Positions 21,946 to 30,267 of a DNA stretch of 64,000 nucleotides are shown in pieces (within the stretch, counting starts at the first letter, position 1; each line of letters begins with the position of its first letter). The position numbers and the translations under genes were made by a program. Below the pieces are notes generated by a model. It was not told the origin of the DNA and did no database searches. It was given only the letters and a program-made list of their open reading frames with translations. The stretch is from Epithemia pelagica (taxonomy: Eukaryota > Protista > Bacillariophyta). The DNA lies in the NCBI GenBank assembly GCA_946965045.2, contig OX337231.1:3348001-3412000 (forward strand). Direction: 5' to 3'.

Positions 21946-22780
21946 GGTTGTAGGGAGTTTTGCTTTCTTGGACGAGACAAGATTAGGGAAGATTGTCAAT
22001 CGTTCTGGACACAGACAGGAGGCCAAAGTTCTCACGTCTGCTTGGTTGGAGTTCACACCTGCCGCTACCCACGATTTCTTTCCATGGCCACAATGGCGGA
22101 GAGTTTGCATATTTTCTTCCAGACGAGCAATCAATCAAGTCATACTCTTTTGTCGAGCCGGCCGGCGTCTCTGTGCCTCCCGTTATGTCTATTGCCCTTT
22201 TGGTCTTTGGTCTGATCGTGGACACACCACCAAACGGGAAGCGACTCCACGCACATGCAATGAGAAGAAAGCTCGCGTTCCGCTTTCAATGTGGTCAGTG
22301 CTCCCAAAATGAATAAGTGCGAACGAAAAAACGTGGAAACGGAGCAAAAGGCCCATCCAAGGATCAGTTGGGAGCGAACGAAATGCCCAATTGAGCAATG
22401 TATTAATTATTATTGCTACTCCTTCTCGTACTCGTACTCGTACTTCCATGAAGGCCCAAATCAATAAAACACCCAATGAAATGTCATAACGAACAGAGGA
22501 AAAATCAACGAGTACAGGGCAATAGTTAGGTCCCCATCTTAACACTCCCTACGGAAATTCCCAACCATAGACTGGGACACCCGTGATTTTGGTTCCCACT
22601 AGAGAATTTTACCTATTCCGGCAACTGGGTAGCTAGGGCTGATCGCTGTTTTAGCTAGCTAGCTTTATTTTCTGTACTCTTATTATAGTAATGTAACGAC
22701 ACGTGCTTAAATCAAATAATTAAGTTAACAATTTCTTTTTCGATGTCGCAACTGAGTCGTGGATTGGGATAATCGCTAAA

Positions 22781-22960
22781 TGTTTCGAGTTTGTGTCATG
22801 TCTTGTTTCGGGTTGGTCCCGTATTTAACGGCTGGTTTCGACTTTGTTTCGACTTTGTTTCGACTTTGTTTCGACTTTGTTTCGACCTGGTGTCGACTTT
22901 GTTTCGGCTTGTTTCGGTTGGTATCGACTTTGTTTCGACTTTGTTTCGGTTTGTTTCGAC
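22781..22960. repeat. Left subterminal tandem array, 11-bp unit TTTCGACTTTG
   Basis: Roughly a dozen perfect and degenerate units; four perfect copies from ~22835. Confidence 0.9.
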
Positions 22961-23100
22961 CCATGATGGCGAACACAATAATCAACCATGGTCGCTCAAT
23001 GTCGCTAATGGTGGCACGATGAGTGACTCGAGCGAGTGAGAGGGGAGATTCTTGTTCACCGCAGGGACAGTCATAAAACAAAGCAACAGACAAGACAAAT

Positions 23101-23559
23101 ATGGTGGAGAAGAAATCGTCGAATCTTCCACCCATCAATGAAAGAAAGGGGGCAAGGATCAAGATTGTGCTGGGAGACTACAAGGGATTGCGAGCATGGG
23201 TGGACACGGCGAAGGAATGCACTCGCCTCTACACGTATGTGATCATCCAAGTGAAAACAAGTCCTACGGTTCTGAAGGCAACAAGGATTCTACACACAAG
23301 TTTTGTGATGGAGGCTGATGTCCGGCTCCCATCAAACAAGGAGGAGGCAATGCTTTTTGAGAATGCAGACATTATGGAGATGTTCATGGTGCTCACAAGG
23401 AAAATGGCTGAGTTCGAGGAGATCTCAGGATCAGGAGAAGGAGGAAAACGAATTGCAACTCTGTTCTTGTCATACCTCAATAGAGCCATTGCTGCACAGA
23501 ATGCCTTACCCAATGAAAAGGCCCGCTGGCGTCGCATCAAGTTCAAGGGACAGCATTAG
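23101..23559 (+). CDS. Transposon accessory ORF1, 152 aa, KOW-like N-terminus
   Basis: Intact ATG-stop ORF inside the TIRs; KGARIKIVLGDYKGLRAWV resembles a KOW motif. Confidence 0.65.
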   Translation: MVEKKSSNLPPINERKGARIKIVLGDYKGLRAWVDTAKECTRLYTYVIIQVKTSPTVLKATRILHTSFVMEADVRLPSNKEEAMLFENADIMEMFMVLTRKMAEFEEISGSGEGGKRIATLFLSYLNRAIAAQNALPNEKARWRRIKFKGQH

Positions 23560-23643
23560 CATACATGAATAACTAATAGGAGTAGTGCATTTCAAACAAA
23601 GAATTCGCTTTTACTATGTAGTCAATTACTAGGGGCGTACTGG

Positions 23644-25032
23644 TTAGTCTTCAAACATGCTCTTGGCCTCGGCCTCCTTCTTCTTCTCAGATTGCTTACC
23701 ACCAATCTTTTTGCCTCCCTTGAGAGCAATGCGCCAAAACAGGGTCATGGCCAGGATTTCTTTGTTGAAGAGGTTTTCTGGGTGGTCCTTCTTTAGCTTG
23801 AGAGGGTTCTTGGTGACTGGCACGATGTTATCGTCCAACGAGAAAATCTTGTTCTCAAGCTGAACGCCGGGCGGGAAAACCATGATCCAGTAGGCACTAG
23901 CACGCCAGTGTTCTTTGGACTCTTCAATCGCAACCTCAGTCGCACTGTGTGCGTTGAAAGTTGCGTCACACTTGATCTTCGACTCCCTGCCAATCCCCGT
24001 ATGGTAGCGCTCCGTATCACGAATCCAAAAATCTTGAGCGGGGCCCCTGAAACGGATGAGTCGTCCTTTCCACATCTCGTTGTAGTCGTCCGTTGGGATG
24101 TCCGCTTCCCAGTCGTTCATATCCGGGCAGGCAACGGGCTCTTGGTTGATGTTTTCGACGAACTGGACATCGAACTCGCGGTGTCGCTCGGCCATCTTGT
24201 CTAGACGGATCGGAATCACCCATGGATTCTTGACTGTACCATTCTGGTTCACAAACCAGGCAGTGGGTACAAAGGCATGTGCCACGTTGGTACGGGCGGC
24301 CTGGGCAACAAGAGGAGAAAGGCGTCCGAAGCGATGCTGTTGTTGGCCAGGGTTAAAGCCACCAGCATGCGCAACAGGACAGGGTGGAGTGTGAAACATC
24401 CTCACAGCTTCTTGGTTTTGGGCCGCCGGGAGAGATGGGACGCTGGCCCTTGCAGCAGGCTTCCTGTCGTCGGCAAGAGAAACCTGGCCAAAGTCTGCTT
24501 CAAGCTGGTCCACGTTGTCATTTGCAAAGGGATTTCCAATCCCAACCATCGCATATGGGTCTTCTTCTTCTTCGTCGGGAACGATGATCTCTTTATCAGA
24601 CGCGTTGCCGGAGAAGGCTGGTTTGTCGGGGTAGGCTGGTTTCTTGTTCATCTCTTCGAGGCTTTTGGGACCGGGTGTCACACCAATCTTTTTCAAGTAT
24701 GCAATGTAGGCCCTGATTGAGCGGCCCTTGCACTTTGCCCAACGTTGCTGCACTTGCCTGCGAAGCACGGTTCCTTCGGCTCCAAATGTGGTCGGGTTGG
24801 CTGAACACAGTGCCCAGAGGTCAAATGATTCCCTTGTCTCGCCGGACAGTTCAAAGGCTTCAAGGAGGGTCTTGGTTTTCTCAGCACTCAATCCACCTGG
24901 CGCCGGCTTCTTTCGTTGCAAGGTTCCAATCGACGGTTGTTCTTGCTGATCTTGGGCCTCACTGTTGACAGAGTCAACAACCCAATCTTCCTCTTCGTTG
25001 ATTTGCGAAAGTTTGTCTTGTGAGATCTCCAT
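23644..25032 (-). CDS. Transposon accessory ORF2, 462 aa, unknown function
   Basis: Intact ORF inside the TIRs (ATG 25032); small helical N-terminal domain (LLEAFE...LWALC...FGAEGTVLRRQVQQRW), P/A-rich linker, globular C-terminal region. Confidence 0.7.
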   Translation of the reverse strand: MEISQDKLSQINEEEDWVVDSVNSEAQDQQEQPSIGTLQRKKPAPGGLSAEKTKTLLEAFELSGETRESFDLWALCSANPTTFGAEGTVLRRQVQQRWAKCKGRSIRAYIAYLKKIGVTPGPKSLEEMNKKPAYPDKPAFSGNASDKEIIVPDEEEEDPYAMVGIGNPFANDNVDQLEADFGQVSLADDRKPAARASVPSLPAAQNQEAVRMFHTPPCPVAHAGGFNPGQQQHRFGRLSPLVAQAARTNVAHAFVPTAWFVNQNGTVKNPWVIPIRLDKMAERHREFDVQFVENINQEPVACPDMNDWEADIPTDDYNEMWKGRLIRFRGPAQDFWIRDTERYHTGIGRESKIKCDATFNAHSATEVAIEESKEHWRASAYWIMVFPPGVQLENKIFSLDDNIVPVTKNPLKLKKDHPENLFNKEILAMTLFWRIALKGGKKIGGKQSEKKKEAEAKSMFED

Positions 25033-25453
25033 GTTTGTTTGTCGAATGGGCAAACGGAGAGAAAACAATCTCCTGGGATCGAGCGAGTGAGTCGTCTACC
25101 TACCGAGATTGCCAATCCTGGTTTGGCATCTACATCAATGGATAACAAATAAACATCGTTTGATTGTCATGTGCATATGTAATAGGATGTCTATTTCGGC
25201 GCAGCCTTCTTTGCTTGTGCTCACGAGTTGAGAACTCGTGAATCTGCAGGCGCATCATGTGTCTCTCCTACTACCCACGGGTCCTAATCATGGGGGTCCC
25301 CCGCCGTGTGAGACAGGCGTGGAGTTCTTGAACACTTTTGTGACAGAAGACAGAAACCTACCTACTAGTGAGTGACCTTCCCGAGTGCCAATAGAGTTCT
25401 TGTCCCCAAGAATCCATCATTGCATTCGTCACCACATTTTCAACAATCAAAGA

Positions 25454-26377
25454 ATGTCTCTTCAACCGTCGGAAGTCCTCGAAAGGGGCCTACGGCTTCT
25501 TCATGTGGATGATGCGGGCAAATTGACATTGGAACGACGACGACTCAAGTTTACGAAGCACTACGGGTCTCACCCGTTGGTGATTGCTGCGCAATGGTTC
25601 AACCTATGCCACGCAACAGACGACAATGGCGAGGAACTACTATCTACGAATGAAATCAAAAGAGGAGGATTCAAGATGTTCATGGTTGCACACTTTTTCC
25701 TCTACAAGTACACGAGAAATAGTGAGCAGCTCAGTGATCGCTTTGACATGTGTGAGTGCTATGCGAGAGGAGAGCATTTGTGGGGGTGGATTCGGAAAAT
25801 TGCGTTTCTCCAGAAGAAGGTAATTTTCTGGCCGAGAATTCTTGACAGTCCCGAGTCTGAGGTTAATGTGTTGTCCGTGGATGGTGTCGACAAAAAAGTT
25901 TTCGAGCGCAAGCACAAGACTCAAATGCTTCCGTTCGATCGTGGGAACTGCTCTCACAAGCATGCGCACGGTGCTCTGAAATACCAAATTGTTTTGGCAG
26001 CACATCGACCGAGGTGTGTTCACATATATGGCCCCGTGCGTGGGGGAATGGGGGGCTTGGAGATGCTCGAACGGTCCGGCGTGTTGGAACGACTCAAGCC
26101 AGGCAAATTGATTGTGGCTGATCGTGGGTACATTAAGAAGGAGTACAGTGGGAAAATATCCTGGCCCAATCCCCATGAAGATTCCAAACAAGCCAATAAC
26201 CTCAAGAGCCGGATCCGTCTTCAGCATGAAAGTTTCAATGGAAAAATGGCTACTTTTGGATGCCTCAACCAGACATGGAGGCATTCGGACAAGAAACACG
26301 GCATAGCATTTCGTGCAGTCGCTGTGACAGTTCAGTATGCACTTGACAATGGCACAAGTCTCCTATTTGAGCCGTAG
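25454..26377 (+). CDS. DDE transposase, PIF/Harbinger-ISL2EU (IS5-like, DDE_Tnp_4-type)
   Basis: LSVDGVD (D1), SHKH..GALKY, HIYGP.RGG, IVADRGY (D2), RIRLQHESFNG (E), WRH...KHG.AFRAVAV. Confidence 0.85.
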   Translation: MSLQPSEVLERGLRLLHVDDAGKLTLERRRLKFTKHYGSHPLVIAAQWFNLCHATDDNGEELLSTNEIKRGGFKMFMVAHFFLYKYTRNSEQLSDRFDMCECYARGEHLWGWIRKIAFLQKKVIFWPRILDSPESEVNVLSVDGVDKKVFERKHKTQMLPFDRGNCSHKHAHGALKYQIVLAAHRPRCVHIYGPVRGGMGGLEMLERSGVLERLKPGKLIVADRGYIKKEYSGKISWPNPHEDSKQANNLKSRIRLQHESFNGKMATFGCLNQTWRHSDKKHGIAFRAVAVTVQYALDNGTSLLFEP

Positions 26378-26425
26378 ATTCATCCATAAATTCAATGTAG
26401 TTGAGATTTGGTTTTCTACTATGTT

Positions 26426-27022
26426 TTACTTGTAGGCTAGGATGTGGTTTGCAAGTTCTCGGCGTCGCATCAATTCGTCCATTGGAGAGACAGCAGGTAG
26501 ATTGAGCTTCTGTTTGGCTTCCTCTTCCTTGAGCCGCAAGTAGTTGAAGTAGCGCACTCGTCTCACTTCTTGGTAGATTCGAAACTTGAAGATTTCTAGC
26601 TTGAATGCCATATAGGCGGGACGCGTCTTCCTCAGTGCCATGGGCGTCAATTTCAAGTGAACGCCATTGGCCACGTCCATCCGGAGAAGCTTCTTTGCTG
26701 GATGGACGTCGAAGACCAGCTCTCCACGGCAGTTCCGGTCCTTTCTTGGATGGACGTGACGGTCAACATGGTGCGCCTTGTGGTCACGGTCCACCAATTC
26801 CTGCGCGTTGTTTGATTGTTTGCGGTGGTCCTTCAGTCGTTCCTTGAATTGATCGAAAGGAACATTCGCAAACTCGGGAAGCTTCTTGTAGAACACAAAC
26901 AAGTGGTCAGCCGGAACTGCATCCATGCTGTGAAGGAGACCGCCTGGCTCAAGATCTCGAATAAGGATGGCTCGTGCTGCACTGCGACGCCAGTCAATCC
27001 ACTCAGACCTTCGTGGCGGCAT
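26426..27022 (-). CDS. Transposon accessory ORF4, 198 aa, two Myb/SANT-like repeats (putative DNA-binding partner)
   Basis: ATG at 27022 (MPPRRSEW); repeat 1 WRRSAARAILIRDL...PEFANVPFDQFKERL; repeat 2 VHPAKKLLRMDV...PAYMAFKLEIFKFRI. The longer track ORF to 27196 merely runs through the repeat array. Confidence 0.7.
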   Translation of the reverse strand: MPPRRSEWIDWRRSAARAILIRDLEPGGLLHSMDAVPADHLFVFYKKLPEFANVPFDQFKERLKDHRKQSNNAQELVDRDHKAHHVDRHVHPRKDRNCRGELVFDVHPAKKLLRMDVANGVHLKLTPMALRKTRPAYMAFKLEIFKFRIYQEVRRVRYFNYLRLKEEEAKQKLNLPAVSPMDELMRRRELANHILAYK

Positions 27023-27025
27023 GGC

Positions 27026-27184
27026 TTGGTTTCGACTTTGTTTCGAGTTGGTTTTGGTTTGTTTCGGCTTTGTTTCGACTTTGTTTCGGTTGGTTTCGGG
27101 TTGTTTCGACTTTGTTGCGACCTTGTTTCGACTTTGTTTCGACTTTGTTTCGACGTTGTGTCGTGGTTTCGACATTGTTTCGAG
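27026..27184. repeat. Right subterminal tandem array, 11-bp unit TTTCGACTTTG (same strand orientation as the left array)
   Basis: Roughly a dozen perfect and degenerate units, e.g. ttcgactttgtttcgactttgtttcgac at ~27127-27153. Confidence 0.9.
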
Positions 27185-28694
27185 CCAGCAGGTCAAGGCT
27201 TTTTTGGCGAAACCCTATATTAACGGTCATAATAAATGTTGGTCTTGATGCAAGATCAAGTCTCATTAATACTTGTAATCAACGGAAATCGAATTCTTAA
27301 GTACAACTCTCATTGTATTGTAGGTAGTCGCTGAAATCACACTGTACTGAATAGGAAGACTACTATGAAAGCGGAAAAGTCCATACCGCTGCCAAAGTAG
27401 CGGGTGTCCCTGACGTGGTGTGTTGTTACTCGGAAGCTACCACAAAACTACATCGAATACTCGTGTAATTATTCGTAATGGCCAAAAAGACAAACACTGC
27501 AGCAAACGAGACCAACACGACAAGAGAGACATCCAATCTTCTGTGGACTTGCAATCTATGGTCCTCATCAAGATGTGGAAACGAGAGCAACCACACGCGT
27601 TTCTCGACCACTGCGATTATCACTGAAAGCGCTTGCTCTGATTCTTGTTCGTTGGAGCAACTCTTGTTGGAAGTCCACGCCTCAAGAAACTAGGCGTGTT
27701 GTGTCGTTTCAACTTCATGGCCCCTTCAGCGCACTGCATCTATACTCTCAAGTTGCGTACAGGAATCCCATTGCCTTGCGCACGAGATCCATCTACAACC
27801 TTGAATTGGGACTGAGATGTTCCCGTCCCTCGTTGTGCAACCCATCCTATTAGCGCAATGGTCCGAAGAGCAATACCACAACTATGTAGGATAGCTTATC
27901 GTGGATGTGAGCAGAAATTCATAATTTCTCCACTCCTAGGAAGTGAAGTCCTTGTGTGAGAAAAAACTAGTAGCAGCACTACTACTTTCCTCCTCTCTCG
28001 AGCTCTAGGGGTAGTTTTACGAAGTTACAAAACCTGGCGAGTAAAGAGTAAAGACATAATTCAAGGCTTCCTACCTCCTACATGATGTGTATGAGTCTAT
28101 TCGTAAGTTGCAAGCTGGACATGAAAGAGACTTCTTTTGATTTTCACTTTTCACGTCGTCCAGAGACATGGTCCGAAGGGGGCGACGCACGGACGAGAAG
28201 CGAGGCTCATGTGAGATGTGGGATCAAAAAATGGATGCGCCATGACCATGACCATGACCGCCATGACTTTTTCTTACTCGTACTCGTACTTATACAATCT
28301 ATCTTACTCTGGATTAATGAATGTCTCTCCGGGACCAAATCTATTTATTTCGCAATAGTGACTGGTGACGTCATAGCATAGGTTCTCATTGCAGTAATTT
28401 CATCGAAATTGCTGTGACCTGGCGATCGTCATGAACCCTCCGATTATGGAAAGCTACGAACGAGACTTGAGGTTGCAGGGTTTGATTCGTCAGGTTTCTT
28501 CGCCCAATAAAATTTTGGAACTGGACGCAAAGGTGCTTCCATCACATTTTTCTAGCCCGCAAAGTGCATTCGGTATTGCCGCTAGAAACTTCGTTGCATT
28601 CACCTCCGCCTCCCATCAGCTGCCCCAGTGGAGAGACCATTTCACAAGCAATCGTGTGTCCAAAAGATCAATTGAAGACATCTACAAGTGAAGC

Positions 28695-29405
28695 ATGACT
28701 ACTTCATCAGCAGAAGTGTTAGCCATTATCTTAAACAATCAAGGCGTCGAGTTTCTCAATTTGGGTTGCTACGAAAGGGATGCGGAAAGTGTTTCTAAAG
28801 CGCTCGAGCTCGTGAGAGGCGAGTTCTGCGATGACAGATCCCGTCCCGTTCCATGGCGGACAAAAGGTGTTGCAGAAGCCGTGCCAGTACCGGAGTACTT
28901 GTTCCAGGATCTCACAAAGTCGGCCACGAACGAATACCGTACAAGTGAAGGAAAGGAAGAATCGTCATTCGTCTTTGACAAGCCTCTTCACATTGTTGAT
29001 CCGGTTTCCCCGCCACCTTCTTTTTGTTACGAATACCTTGTTTCGCTTTCAATCATGCTACTTTACAACTTGGCTCTGATCCATCACTTGCATGGATTGG
29101 AGTCGAGTGAAAGCGCGAGACTCCACAAGGCCACGGCGCTCTACGAACTTGCCTACTCGGTTCAGATCAACGAAGATCTTTCCGTTTCTACTCTTCACAC
29201 GATTGCCATTGTGAACAATCTCGGTCAGATTCATGAACAACTCGGAGAAATGGCTCGATCTCATCAATATTTCAGGCATATGCTAACGGCTCTCATGTAT
29301 GCTCAGAACACGGGAGACAAGGAAGTCGCCCTTCATCAAGTTGGATTCGTGACAAACGTTCTGCCATTAATCTTTCCACAAACGAAACCGGCACCTGCTG
29401 CATAA
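28695..29405 (+). CDS. TPR-like helical hypothetical protein, 236 aa
   Basis: LNNQGV, LLYNLALIHHL, KATALYELA, IVNNLGQIHEQLG helical-repeat motifs. Confidence 0.75.
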   Translation: MTTSSAEVLAIILNNQGVEFLNLGCYERDAESVSKALELVRGEFCDDRSRPVPWRTKGVAEAVPVPEYLFQDLTKSATNEYRTSEGKEESSFVFDKPLHIVDPVSPPPSFCYEYLVSLSIMLLYNLALIHHLHGLESSESARLHKATALYELAYSVQINEDLSVSTLHTIAIVNNLGQIHEQLGEMARSHQYFRHMLTALMYAQNTGDKEVALHQVGFVTNVLPLIFPQTKPAPAA

Positions 29406-30267
29406 AGCCTTCTTCTCGCTACAAAACATACTATGTGTCTACACTGCACAAGCAAGAACAAGAATACACGCCAACATATACATGTTAATACCACAGTTAG
29501 ATGCTTATAATCTGAATCCGTCTCCTTGGACTCACTACGCAAATCGATAAATCGATGAGCAACGGAAAACGAATTCGCGCATTCTCCCATGGACCATACA
29601 GAGAGGGCTTTCAAAAACTTCTTCACAACCACCACCCACCACACGGCGCTTCTACGGTTCTTGATCAACTGGACCCTACGCTTTTCCTGGGAATGGTATT
29701 GAACGTGTGGTGTGGAGTAATTCCTTTTTTTCATTGAAGAGACGACGTCGTCGCCTTCCAGAACACAAAGGCCTATTCAGCTTCCAGCAGCAAGAGATAT
29801 TGGATCTTGGTAAACGAGAAAGGCGCTTGTTGCTGTGTTCCGAAGATTCCCATTAGCTTCAGTCGCGGTAAGCATCGCGCGCCATCATAAAGCTATAATT
29901 TGTTTAAGTCCATCCCATAAATCTGAAAATTTTGCTTGGTGTCGCTTGTTTTGTTCCTGTCTGAAAAAAAATGGCGAACCACATTCATTCCTCAATTCTC
30001 ATCGTCGAATGACAGAACCCCCGAAAGCCTACCACCATTTAGTTTTTTCATCTCATGTAGCTTCTCCATCGGACTATCGGATCGTTCATCCACCTTCACC
30101 TCATACCACAAAGTGGTATAATAGTAGCATAGTAGAGAGTAATGTGGTTTGCGTGAACAAATAGAAAGTTCATCATCAATCACGGGTAGACATTGTTGCA
30201 TGAATGAGGCAATTTGTGCTTGTGACAACAGCTTCTACTTGAGGAGTTGGGGGTTGCTTCACGCAAC

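Larger units (their letters stand above)
22575..27409. mobile_element. PIF/Harbinger (PHIS)-superfamily DNA transposon carrying four ORFs
   Basis: TIR GGACACCCG at 22575-22583 and CGGGTGTCC at 27401-27409 (15/18 match if extended); identical 3-bp flanks CTG (22572-22574, 27410-27412); encloses a DDE transposase and 11-bp arrays near both ends. Confidence 0.8.

Noticed and set aside
22776-23162. Repetitive ORFs (ETKSKQSRNKV / FDFVSTLFRLC) here and at 26816-27300
   Set aside because: Translations of the 11-bp subterminal arrays. The arrays are also not CRISPR: units are contiguous with no unique spacers and no cas genes are present.
28431-28691. 86-aa ORF in frame with, and ending 3 nt before, the TPR-like gene
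   Set aside because: No motif support, and the downstream protein looks complete from its own ATG; readthrough or selenocysteine is unsupported.
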